The notes under the pieces: generated by a model
The model's database searches: none
What the model saw: the letters and a program-made list of their open reading frames with translations, nothing else
What the model was told of the DNA's origin: nothing
Assembly: GCA_002245135.1 (NCBI GenBank)
Contig: NGBS01000872.1
Location: 372,001-436,000, forward strand
Direction of reading: 5' to 3'
DNA length: 64,000 nucleotides
Origin: Proteromonas lacertae
Taxonomy: Eukaryota
Made by a program: the position numbers and the translations under genes
In this document: in pieces, positions 13,352 to 26,894 of the stretch
Layout of the letters: every line of letters starts with the position of its first letter
Numbering within the stretch: the first letter of the stretch is position 1

Positions 13352-16300
13352 TTAATCAATATTCAAGAATTCTTTTGATAATTCTTTTTTTTCTTCTTCT
13401 GAAATTCCATCTAATTTTATCGTAACAATTGAAAAGAATGTTTCTAAGAATGATTTTAATTTTTTTTTATCAATATTTTCTTTTACTGTTATTGATAATT
13501 CAACCAAATTATCAAATACTTCTTTGTTTCTTTTCATTAATCTCAATTCTCTTTCATCTAATTCATTTTTGGAGAGATTTATCTTTTCTAATGGTTTATA
13601 ATTTTTTAATCTTTTTATTAACATTTTCAATCCTTTTTCACTCATTCCAATATCTATTTGAATAAGAATAATATATTATATTCATAAAATACTAGATAGA
13701 TTTAATGAAAAACAATCAACAAATTTATCTAAAGAGTTACACATTATCTCTATTCCTTCATCACCAATTGGATTATTATATAATAAAATAAGGAGTGAAG
13801 GCTCTGATAAATCATCCATTAACTCTCTTAATCCTTTTGAACTAATTCTATTGTTGGATAAATCAAATTTCCAATAATTAATCTGTTTAATTAATGAAAT
13901 ATGAGAATCGTTGATATTTAAATCTATTTCATTATAAATATAGATTCTATACTTGAAAAATCATAAATAGTATATCTATTCTTGCAACTACAATAATTCA
14001 AATAATACTCCAATTCTTCATTTGTCCATGATGAACATTTCATTTGAATAAATGGATATTTATCTCTTTCTAATGATTTTGGACATATTGATTTTAATCC
14101 ATTCATTCTGATATTATTTCCATTAAGATTTATTCTGTTATAACACTCAATTGTATCTATTTTGTTTGCTAATAATATCATACTTTTATCATCTATTGAT
14201 ATGTTACTCAAATTGGTTTCATTATTTTTCATCAGCAATTCCATTTTCTCTGATAATAGCTTAAATCCAGTATTACCAATAGGATTATCTATTAAGCGAA
14301 TCAAATACATTAATATATACTGCGAATTAATACTTTTTCAATTTTGTCATTTTCCTTCACATAATTCATCAAATACTCTATTCCATCTGAATCTATATTA
14401 TTATCACTTATATCAAGTGTTTTGATATTTCCATTAATATTCTTCAAACTATCAACTAAATATCTTATTCCAATTGATGATAATCCCACTTCTATTACAC
14501 ATTAAATTATTGTTATTATAAATAACTATATACTTGAACAGTTAACAGTACTACAGTTTTTCAATAAATGTATATATGGAGATAAAAATTTCATCCCTTC
14601 ATCTCCTATTTCATTTCCATTCAACTTAAGTAAATTAAGATTTGAGAATGAAGATAAATTGTTAATCAGTATTTCTACACTTTTGTGTGTCAGATTATTA
14701 TCTAATTAATAGAAAAATATCATATTATACTTCTCAAATCTAGACATCTTATTTCTTTTAATTCATTAGATCTTAATGAAATGAATGATTTGAAAACATC
14801 ATCATCAATTCCGAAACCACGTAGATTCAACGTTTTACTATTGTTTATATATTTCATTAATTCTGGAATTCTTTCATCTAATAATAACTCTTTATTTCCA
14901 TTAAAATTAAATTGTATTTTTGAAATAGGATATTTGGAGAATAATGATTCTAATCCTTTTGAATGAATATTACTATTCCCACTAATATCAATTTTCTTAA
15001 GATTTGGATATTTATATAATTTTTCTGATAATATTTTCATTGATTCATCATTTAAATTCATCGAATTTAAATACAATTCATTATTCTCATTGATTAGCAA
15101 ATGTAAATATGGAAGCAATAATTTGAATCCTTTTGGACCAATCGGATTGGCTATTTCATAATAATATAATATTAGAGTATAACAATACATGAAAGATTTA
15201 AGTATCGCAGTTTCATGAATGGAATTGATTTCACAAATGATTCAATGAAATCTGAAGTAAGATAACAAAAATGTAAATCAAATTCTTGTGTATATGTTAA
15301 TCCAGAAATACATAATCCAAATAATGATTGATTTTGGACTGAAGCATCTAAAAATATATACAATTATAATAATACAAAATTCAAGTTTTGTTGGATTGTT
15401 TAGTTTCAATACTTTAAACAAATATTTCATCCCTTCTTCAGATGAACAAATACATTGTGAATCAATTTGGAATGTTTCTTTATCATTCCAATCATTTTTC
15501 ATATCATACATTATTTTATCTAGAAAACATTCTACATTCTTGTTGTCATTGTAACGAATAGAGAACTTCAGTTTATTCTTTATTGATTTATCTTCTTTAT
15601 ACATCTTCATCATCAATAGGATTGATAGAATTCTTTCATTTGGTTTGTTGTTGTATAACTCGATTAATTCATTTCGAATTTCTATTCAAATATTATTATA
15701 GTATTTATCATATATAATATATACTCTCATATCTATCGTTTTGCATATAATATTCAGCTTCACAAGTGGTAAATGGAGATATATCTATTATATAGTCATT
15801 ATTATATAGTGTTTCTTTTCTTTCTTCACATATCATTAAACTATCTTCTGAATCTTTTAACATCTCATTCATCTTGATCATTTCAGATTTTAACTCTTTT
15901 AAACTCAATCGATCTTCATTTTTTACTTTCAACATTCTGAATATCATCTCTTTTATAATTCCATCGCATTCCACATCTAAATTGTATTTACATCTCTGAA
16001 TATTCTTTTTTGTTTTCATCATATTATCATCTTCATTAAATGGTAATTTCTTAAACATCATTTCATATAATATACATCCGATTGACCAAATCACACTTCT
16101 ATCATCACATTCTAAGCCATTTATCTCTTCTGGACTTTTGAAATTAATATCATACAATCTCATATCATCATCTTTTCTCAATAAATCCAAGAACAAATCA
16201 CATAACTTTATATCATTTTTTCCTTCATATATGATGTTTGAACTCTTCAAATTACCAATTACTAAGTCATATTCATTCAAAATCAATAAACTATCACATA

Positions 16301-16694
16301 TACCACAGATCACACACCTAATATCATCACTTGAAAGTGGTTTACTATTTATCAACTCTTCTAAATCTCTCATGTAATACTTTCTCTCAAATATCAACAT
16401 ATTACATCCGATTATCTGGATTTGAGACGGGTATATCATCTCACATAAACAACCACGCAATGTGGTATTTTCAAAGAATTTTCGGATATTCTTTTCTTTT
16501 ATCCCTTCTATATTTATCACTTTAATCATTTTATGATCATTTTCGTGTTTTATTGTTAAACACACTTCACTCACATTCTTTTCGTTCATTTCTTTTATCT
16601 ATTCCAAATACATATAAATTTATTATAATACTTCTGCTTCACATGATAATAACGAGTTTATTAGATTATTTGAAATAGAGTTTAAGAAAGACAT
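13352..16694 (-). CDS. Pseudokinase-LRR protein (copy C)
   Basis: ATG 16694 (MSFLNSISNN); same exon/intron layout as copy B; long near-identical blocks with copies B and D; distinct kinase N-lobe. Confidence 0.9.
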
Positions 16695-17071
16695 TTTTAT
16701 AACGAAAGTAGTTCCAAAATATATAACCGTTTCATTTACTTTTGAATTTTCTGTTTCTTCATAGATGGCTATATGAAGAAAGTATTATTGAATATATAGA
16801 TGAGTAGACAACTTAATAGTTTGATGTGAATAAATATTGAGTGCATATATTACTCAAAATTTAAAATAATAGTATTATGAAGTAATTTATCATCCATCTA
16901 TTTGTTTATAAAGCGATATAAATTATATATTTATAATTAATTATAGGTAAAGTATATTTCATTAATCAATGATTTACATAAAAATTGATTTATTAAAATT
17001 ATAGTATATTTCATAATTTTTAAGAAGTAAAGAATAAAATAAAAACAACATTCAAAATTTTATAGAAATAT

Positions 17072-19956
17072 CTAAGGGAACAACTGTCTCCTTGAAGAAA
17101 GTGCTGCTGTAGTTGAGTTTGATGCTTTAATTCTACTAGCACCGCCTATATGTCCTGCTGGACTAACAGGTAGTGACACTGGAGCTTTTATTTCTTTATT
17201 TAAATTATTCTTTCTCACAATAGCTTGGAAATCAATTTTAATTTGTTGTAACTGAACTGTCAATTTGCTAGTTGATTTTAATAATCCTTCTATCTGTGAT
17301 TTCAATGTGATTGACCATTGTGGTTCAGTAGGAGAATCTCCTTGAGCTCTTTTCATTCTAGCAAAGCTATTGAATAATAATAATAATGTTAAATATATAC
17401 TCATTAACTATATCTTGCGATTGTCTCACTATTGCATCTATTTGTTTGGATATTTCACCTAATTGTTCAACAGCATCATCTAATCCGTTATTTGCTCCAA
17501 ATGACTTTCTTGAATCAGCTTTAGATGCTGGACTAAATGATGATGAAGGTGATAAAAGATCCATTGCTTTTTGAGTTTCTTTTTGTCTATCCAACTCAGA
17601 TTTCATTGTTGTTTCACTTCTCTTTAATAATTTCTGAGTTTGCTTTACTTCTCCACAAATTTGTTGGTTTAATTTGTTAATTTCATCTTTTTTAGTTATT
17701 AATTCATTATTAAGTCTATCAATTTCTTTCTTTTGTTCATTAAATGTTGTTTCTAAAGCTGTAATTTTCTCTTCAGCATCTTTCTTATACTCTGAATAAC
17801 TTTGTATTTTACTTTGAAGAGATTCAAGAGTTATGTGTTGATTATCATAATCTGATTGTAGTTGATTGAATTCCTCAGCTATATTATTTATCTTCTGTTG
17901 CAATATTTCATTTTCTTCTTTATGATTTTTAATTTGATTTTGAAGTGTTTCATTCTGTTTAAATGTATTGTCAACTTCCATTGATAAATTATTAACTTGA
18001 TTATCATGAAATTCGATTAATTGCTTTAATTTAATAGATAATGAATTGAAATCATTCTCTAGTGATGTTAATTTCACATCTTTTTCTTTTATTTTCTCCA
18101 ATATATCTTCATGCGTTTTATTCTAATTATTATAAATAGATATAATAAAATAAATACAATCATATTGATTACAGTTTCTATCGATTTTGGTAAGGCTGTT
18201 AAATATTCTTTCAATGAATTTGTTTTAAATTTAATTACTCTGCTTGATGTTTCATTTGGGAATAATATCTGTAAAGAATCTAAAAGTGTATCATAATCTT
18301 TACGAATATTATCATATTCATTGCTAATATCATTATATAATTTCTTTATATCTCTAAATTCTTTATCTTTACTATCTATTTCACAATGTAAACTCTCTAT
18401 TTCTTGTTTATGATCTAACTGCATTATTCCTATTTTATTTTCATATTCATCTCTCTGAGATTGTAAATCAATTGTGTCTTTATTGTGCATTCTTTTTAGC
18501 TGGTCTAATTCATCTTCTAAATCAGTAATACTCTTCTTTAATACTATCAATAAAACATAAATACTACAAATGTTATACATGAAATTCCATTATTACTATC
18601 TTCCATTTCATTTTCATAATTTCTTATTAAATCCTGCAATTCTTTTACTTTTGCTTGTAATATTTCATTTTCACTTGCTGTATTTTGGAATTGCATTAAA
18701 TGGCCTTTTAGCAAATCTAATTCATTTTCACTGGTCATTTTATATTTATCATATTCTGTCTGTAGAGCATGATTTTGATTTTCTAATATATTTATTTTTC
18801 TTTCACTTTCAATCACATTTGGTCTAAGTTCAGAATTTTCTTCTCTCAAATGTTTCTATTTTGTTTTATAGATAATATTATACTAATTCTATTGAATATT
18901 TATCATTTATATTCTCTAATTCTCCTGTATAATAATTCTGTAGTTTATCATATTGATCTTGAACAGTTTGCGATTTAATACGTTCATTCTTTAACATCAA
19001 TTCTGTTTCATTTAATCTATGCTGTAGTTCTTGAATTTCAGTTGCATGAGCTAGAGTTGTTGATTGTAATTGATTTCTTACATCTACAACATCATCATTG
19101 TAATGTTGATTTAATATTTTATATTTTTCATCCAATTCTTCATGGATTTGTTTCAATTGGTCATATCCATCCAATTCTTCTTTATATCTCTCTATTACTC
19201 TTTTCTGTTGATCCATTACTTCTTCATACTATGATCATTATAATATTAGATTAAAATATACATTTGATTTCATACTTGTATATTCTTCATCTAACTTATT
19301 ATATCGTTGAACTAGATCAGCACTATTCATAATAATAAATAATAGACTATCATACTTTTCTTCCTCTAGATTTTGATGAATTGACATTTCTTTTTCAAGT
19401 TCTTGTATTTGTTGATTTACATTCATCATATCTTTCACATTAGCATCATAATCTTCTTTAATTCCTCTCAGCTGAAGTACTTCTGTTTCTAATGATTCTA
19501 ATTTGTATCTTTGGTATTCTTTTTCTTTCTCTAAATTCACTATTTTTTCTTCTTGTAATGAGATGATTTTTTCTTTCTCTATTTTATCCTTTTTTAATTT
19601 CTTAAGCATTTCACTCTGTATATTCTGTGATTCAGCTTTTAATATCTCATTTTCACTCTAAGCTATTATAATAATCAATTTATACTTGCATATTTTGAAT
19701 TGTATTTCTAGCTTTTATTAAAAGTACATTTCTACTTTCTACTTCTTCTGACAAAGCGTCAACTTGTACTTTATAGTTAACTATTTGATCCATTAACGCT
19801 TGATCATTATATCCTCTAATTTCAAATCATAAAAATAAAAATATACCGACCTGATAATGTATTATTTAAAGCATCTTCTAGATAGTAGATTTTTCTTTTT
19901 AAGTTGAAGTTTTCTTTTGAAAATTCATCCAAATGTGTGTCATTTAACGACAACAT
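17072..19956 (-). CDS. Long coiled-coil protein with N-terminal CM1 (centrosomin motif 1 / gamma-TuNA)
   Basis: First exon, missed by the ORF track, encodes LDEFSKENFNLKRKIYYLEDAL matching the KENFNLKLRIYFLEE motif of Cnn/CDK5RAP2/Mto1; rest is heptad-rich over several mini-introns; start could lie further upstream. Confidence 0.7.
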
Positions 19957-20097
19957 AATATAATAATATTTATATTCCTATTGAAATGGTATTTAATAAC
20001 CTAACTGTTATTTTTTCAAAAAAGAAACAAACATCAAGTCAGAATTATGGTTAAAGAAAAATAATTTTTCGTTGGACATAATTATAAAATTATTCAT

Positions 20098-23000
20098 ATG
20101 CCATCAAAAGAAAAGAAAAAAGAAGACGTATAGATAAAATGGATTATATATTAATAGTCTGACGAGGAAAAGAAAAGACAAAGACTAGAGAAGCTGAGAA
20201 TATGGAAGGAACAGAATAAGGATAAATTGAAGGAAATAGACAAAGTAAAAATATCAGTACCTGCATCTGGAACAAAAAGTAATGAAGAAGCTGCATCAAA
20301 TCCAGAAAAATCTAATAAATCTACAAAACCATTAGTATAATCTATATAACTCATTTGAATAGTGGAAACATGGTCAAAAGAAATTTGGTCCTAGTGTATT
20401 TGCTGAAGAAACTGAAGAGAAGACTAATTGTATAATATTTTATATACATACATAGTATTTTTACCTGAACATGAATCAGATGTACAGAATCCACCAGAAA
20501 CAAAAGATACCAACAAAAATGAAACAGAAGTGAATAACAAAGAAAATGTGAAAGAAGAAGAAATAAAACAGAATAATGAAATAAATGAAATGCCTCCACC
20601 TTCAAAACAACCAAAAGACATTAATAAAATGGAAGAAAAAGACAATGATCAAAAAGAAAATAATAAAATGGAAGAAGAAGATGATGAAATAGATCCGCTA
20701 GATGCATATATGGCTGAAGTTCACAAAGAAGCAATTAAAGATATATTAGCAGTACAGCAAATCCCACAGATAGAATATGAGCCATCTCCAATACCAATAG
20801 AATCAAAGCCAATACCAACAATAACATTAGAAGAAATAGAAAAAGAACAAAATTCAACCAATAATAATGAAGAAGAAGATGATGATGATGAATATTATGA
20901 GAAATTTAAAGAAGCTTTAGCAAAACAGAAGGAAGAGGAAGCAAAGAAATGTAGAGAGATATTACATGGAAGTAAGAAGAATAGTGATGATGGTTTAGGA
21001 TTAATAGAAGCAGATGAAGGAGGAGTAGAGGAAATATTTGAAGAAGAAGGAGAAGAAGAACCACCAGAAGAACAATCTGCCTTAGAAATGTTAAAGGAAA
21101 AAATGAAGAAGAAAGAAATAAAAGAAATAGATCAATCAAAAATAGATTACATTCCAATAAGAAAGAATTTATACATACCAACAAGATCTGTACAGAATAT
21201 GACTGAAGATGAAATACAGCAAATAAGAAGTAAAGAGAATATAAAGATAAGAGGAAGTGATTGTCCTGCTCCAATAACAGAATGGGAACAAGGTGGTTTT
21301 ATTGATTCAATCTTAAATGTAATAAAGAAATACAATTATTCAAAACCATTTCCAATTCAACAACAATCAATGCCTGTAATAATGAGTGGAAGAGATTTAA
21401 TTGCTGTAGCCAAAACAGGTTCAGGTAAAACATTAGCTTTTCTATTACCAATGTTTAGACATATATTAGATCAACCAGCATTACAACCAGGAGATGGGCC
21501 AATAGCAATAATTATGGCACCTGCTAGAGAATTAGCAGTACAAATATACAATGAAGCTAAGAAATTCTGTAAAGTATTGGGTTTAAATGTAACAGCTGTT
21601 TATGGTGGTGCTGCAGTAAGTGAACAAATTAGTAATATAAAGAGAGGTAGTGAAATTGTGGTTTGTACACCAGGTAGAATGATTGATATGTTATGTATGA
21701 ATAATTCAAAATTAGTACCTTTACATCGAGTGTCTTATGTAGTGTTAGATGAAGCTGATAGAATGTTTGATATGGGATTTGGACCACAAGTTCAACAGAT
21801 TTTGAGGAATATTCGAAAAGATAAACAAGTTGTTATGTTTTCAGCAACATTTCCTGATAAAGTAGAGAAATTAGCAAAGAGAATATTGAAGAAACCAATT
21901 GAGATTATTATTGGTGGAAGAACAGCTGTAGCTCCAGAAGTTGAGCAGATAATTGAGATTAGAGAAAAGAATGATAAATGGAATAGATTATTACAAATAT
22001 TAGGTGAAAATTATACAAAAGGATCAATATTGATATTTTGTGATACTCAAGATAAATGTGATACAGTATTAAATTATTATTATTATTATTATATATTATT
22101 AATAGATATATGCCAATCTAATGAAAGCAGGATATTATGGTTTATCATTACATGGTGGTAAAGATCAATCAGATAGAGATCAAACAATAGCTGATTTTAA
22201 AAACAAATTAAGAACAATATTAGTAGCAACTTCTGTAGCAGGAAGAGGTTTGGATATAAAAGATCTTAATTTAGTGATTAACTATGATTGTCCAAACCAT
22301 CTTCAAGCTTATGTACATCAAGTTGGTAGAACTGGTAGAGCTGGTAATAAAGGAATTGCTTATACATTTATTACACCAGAAGAAGAAATGTATGCACATG
22401 ATATAGCCAAAGCATTAAAGAAATCAGGTAAAAAAGTGCCAGATGCATTAGAAAAGATGGTAAATGCATTTAAAGCAAAATTATTAGCAGGTAAAGCAAA
22501 ATCAAGAATAAGTGGTTATAATACAAAAGGTTATAAATTTGATGAAGAAGAAATGAAGAAAGTGCAACAAAGGAAAAAGATATTAAAACAACAATATGAA
22601 AGTGAAGCTGGTATAGAAGCAGAAGATGAAGATCAAGAGAATGAGGAATATGAAGAAGAATTAAAGAGAGTAGAAGAAGATGCATTAAGAGATAAAGTAG
22701 CTAATTTAGATGAGGAAGATTCCGATTTTGAAGATGCTAAAGTAGCAGCTGGTGGTAAAGCAACAGCAGAAATAGAAGCAGAATTGGCTGAAGAAGAAAG
22801 AGAAAAGGAAAGAGAGAAAGAAAAAGAAAAAGAAGCTGAGAAAATAGCATTGTCAAATGTTCATGAAGATTTCCAAGCTGTTTATAACAAACTATTGAAT
22901 TGTGCTAAGAACAGTGGTTCTGGTATGGAAGCTGTAGAGAGAGCAATGAAATGTTTACAGGATATACAAAGTAGAATTACTGATGTTAGTGGTGTTAAAC

Positions 23001-23365
23001 AGAAAGAGTTTTATGAAGAAGAGTTGATTATCAATGATTATCCACAATCTGCTAGGTTTAAAGCTATTCAAACTGATACAAGACAGAGAATTATGGATTT
23101 AACTGGTTGTGGTATTGTAAGTAAAGGAACATACATTCCTCCAAATAGAAAACCAGCAGTTGGAGAAAAGAAATTATATATATCTTTTTTTAAGTGTTAT
23201 TTTATATATGTAAAAACAGATTTCTTAATTCTTCTCTTTTTTCACTTATTAATTCAAGGTGATACAAAATATGCATGTCAAAGAGCAAAGAATGAGGTAA
23301 TTAGACTATTAGAAGAAGCTACACTAGAAGTTGGTTATGATCCAGCTTATGCGGCTTCTTTTTAA
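20098..23365 (+). CDS. DDX46: DEAD-box RNA helicase Prp5/DDX46
   Basis: DPLDAYM, AKTGSGKT, PARELA, TPGR, DEAD, SAT, GRGLD, HQVGRTGRAG, C-terminal INDYPQ..R and KH-like tail; introns e.g. 20128-20157. Confidence 0.92.
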
Positions 23366-23540
23366 TTTTTGATTGTTTAATTTTTATTATTTTTATTTTT
23401 TATGATATGTTTTATCATCAATCGAAATTTCATTTTTGAAAAAAAGATTATTCTGGAAATTGGGTGAATGAAAAATATCGAAAAAAAGAAAGATCTTAAA
23501 CCCATTTTCTTTTGGAATAAAAGAACTATAATTATTAATC

Positions 23541-26196
23541 ATGTCAGTAATTGGTATTGATTTTGGTAATGATACAGTTGTTATTGCTGCTGTGTCAGGT
23601 CAAGGTCAAGGTATGGGACGTGGTGGTATTGATATTATTTTGAATGAAAGCTCTCAAAGAAGAACGGCGTATATTTCATATCTATATTGTTAGTGCTTTA
23701 GTTTCGTTCCAACAAAATCAAAGATTTATAGGTGATAGTGCAGTTTCTATGGTATTTTCTATTATCTTTTACTTTATTTAGGCACGATCAAATTATAAAA
23801 ATACTATTGGTTGCATCAAAAGATTTATAGGTTGTAAATATAGCGAACCAAGAATTCAAGAAGAAATCAAGAGAGTTCCATATAAAGTAGTCCAAATGGA
23901 AGATGATAGAATAGGTTTTGAAGTAAACTACGAAGATAAAGTGCAAATATTCACAGCAGAACAAATATTAGCAATGATTTTCGTAAAAGTCAAAGAAATA
24001 GCCAATCATCATGCAGGACGTGTATGTAAGCGAAATGACTGTGTTATTAGTGTTCCACCATACTATACCGATGCACAAAGAAGAGCTATGTTCGATGCTT
24101 GTTCAATTGCTAATCTCAACTGTTTAAGATTAATCAATGAAAATACATCAGCTGGTTTAGCCTATGGTATTTACCGAAATCACAAAGGTTTATTCAGTGA
24201 GAAAGAAGCTCAATATGTGATGTTTGTTGATATGGGTGAAGCAAGTGCTTATGTTAGTATAATAGCCTTTATCCAAGGCAAATTACAAGTAATGTCTTGT
24301 GCATATGATCGTATGTTAGGTGGAAGAAATCTTGATGATATTATTGTAGAATTATTAGCCAATGGTTTTAAAGAAAAGTATAAATTAGATCCAATGACAA
24401 CACCAAAATCATTGATGAAATTAAGAGCTGCAGCTGAGACATGTAAGAAAGTATTAAATCCAGATGGTGTATCAAAGACTCCAGTCAATATTGAGTGTTT
24501 AATGGAAGAAAGAGATTATAATTGTCAAGTTGAAAAAGCAACATTCTTTAAGTTAATTGAAGAGAAAGGATATCCAGCAAGATTATCTGCTTTAGTCACC
24601 AAAGCATTAGCTGATGCTAATTTGAAACCAGAGCAGATCATGTCCTGTGAAATTATTGGTGGATCTATGAGAGTCGCTCCAATGAAAGAAGCTGTATCAA
24701 AAGTATTAGGATTTGATCAAAAAGCACAAAACTATGGTTTATCAACAACAATGAATATGGATGAATGTATTGCAACTGGTGCTGCTTGGTTATCTGCTAT
24801 ATTATCACCATTATATAGAGTTAAAGACTTTAAGATTGGAGATATAGTTCAATATCCAATAAGATTATCATGGGGACAAGAAGCTAGTGGAAGTGATAAA
24901 CCTGAAGATAATTCTAATTTATCATTTGAGAAATGTGCTAAGACACCTGCTTATAGAAAGATTACATTGAAACCAACTGGTACATTTACAATATCATGCG
25001 ATTATGATGATACTGCTGATACATTAGCTGAAGGAACTACAAAGAATATTGGTAAATTTGTCTTGAAAGAACTACCAGAAATGAAGAGTGATCCAAAACC
25101 ACCAGCAATTGTATATTTCGGATATGATCCAAATGGCTTATGTTATTGTACAAATGCTCAAATTACAGTAAAAGAAGAAAAGGAATTTGAAGAAGAAGTT
25201 CCAGATCCAGATGCTGTAGAAACACCAAAAGAAACTGAAGAAAAGAAAGATGAAGTTGTAAAGGAAGAAAAGAAGGAAGAAACACCAAAGGAAGGTGGTG
25301 AAGAAGCTTCAAAAGAAGGATCAGAAGAAGGTGAGAAAATACCACCACCACCAGAAGAGAAGAAAGAAGAAACACCAAAGAAACCAAAAACAATAAAGAA
25401 AATAATAAAGAAAGTAGTTGATGTGAATAAACAATTAGAAGTTGAAGCTAATGTGAATTGCTTACCTAAAGAAACATTAAAGATATATACGGATGAAGAG
25501 AAGAGAATGTATGCTCAAGATTGTGATATTCGAGAGACTCAAGATAAGAGAAATGAATTAGAAACTTATTTATATGATATGAGAGATAAGATTGATGTTA
25601 GTTTAGCTGGATTCTGCGCTGTTGAAGAGAAATATAAATTAAAAGATTTAATTGATAAACATAGCAAATGGATTGATTCTGATGAAGGATTTGGATCACA
25701 TAAATCTGAATTTGTAAAGAGAATAAAGGAATTGCATAAAATTAGTGATCCAATAGTGAAAAGACAACAAGAAAGTGAAAAGAGACCTCAAGTAGCGTCT
25801 GATTTATTAGCAATGGCTGAGAAATATCTTAGACTATGTAATTCAACAGATGAACAATATTCACATATCACAGATGAAGAAAAAACTAAAGTAAGAGATG
25901 CTTGTAATGAAGCACAGAAATGGTTGTCAGATAATATGTCAAAAATCAGTAGTTCACCTATGTATGCTGATCCAGCTATTACAGTTGAAGATATTGTCAT
26001 GAGAACAACTAATACAGAGAAATTATGTAGAGAAATAATGGAAAAACCAAAACCAAAACCAAAGGCTGTTAAGAAAGAAGAAAAGAAGGATGATGATAAG
26101 AAAGATGATGCTCCAGCTACACCAAAAGAAGGAGAAACTACTACACCAAAAGAGAATCCTGAAACTCCAAAGGAAAATCCAGAAACACCAAAATAA
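23541..26196 (+). CDS. Hsp110/Sse1-type Hsp70-family chaperone
   Basis: MSVIGIDFGN, RGGIDIILNE, VISVPPYYTDAQRRA, acidic insertion, DKRNELETYLYDMRDK; introns 23669-23693 and 23752-23781. Confidence 0.92.
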
Positions 26197-26328
26197 AGAT
26201 GAAATATATAAAGAGAAATAAACAAGTAATTATATAATATTTGTTATGGTTTTTTTCATATTTAGATAGAAAACACTTAGAGAACAAATCATTTATACAA
26301 TTTAATAGATAGTAAAAATAATTCCTTT

Positions 26329-26830
26329 CTACATATACTCTTCACTATCCATATCATTCTCATCAAATTCACCAATTGAAGATTGTTCATCATAAAATTC
26401 TTCTTCTTCTTCTTGTTCATTTTCTACATCATCAAAATTCACATTGTTGTTGTTTTCCACTTTTGCAGGAGCAGTTTTAGGTGGTTCTGGCTGATCATTG
26501 AAATCTTCTTCAAATAATTCTTCATTATCATCATATACAGGTTTAGATGGACCTAATTCTCCCAAATCAAAATCATCTTCTATGTGGAATTCTTCATCAT
26601 TATTATTTTGATTTTGTGATGTTGGTTGTTTCACACTCACTTCAAAATCATCTTCAATTTCTGATATATCTTGATGGTGCTGTTGTGGTTTAACACTTTC
26701 TTCAAAGTCATCTTCTATTTCATTATTATTGTTATTGTAATTATTTATGTTTTTATTATTATTTATTTCCTTCTCAAAATCATCACTTATTTCATCATCT
26801 ATTTCATTAGCACTTACTTTTATATTATTA

Positions 26831-26894
<64 letters not shown>

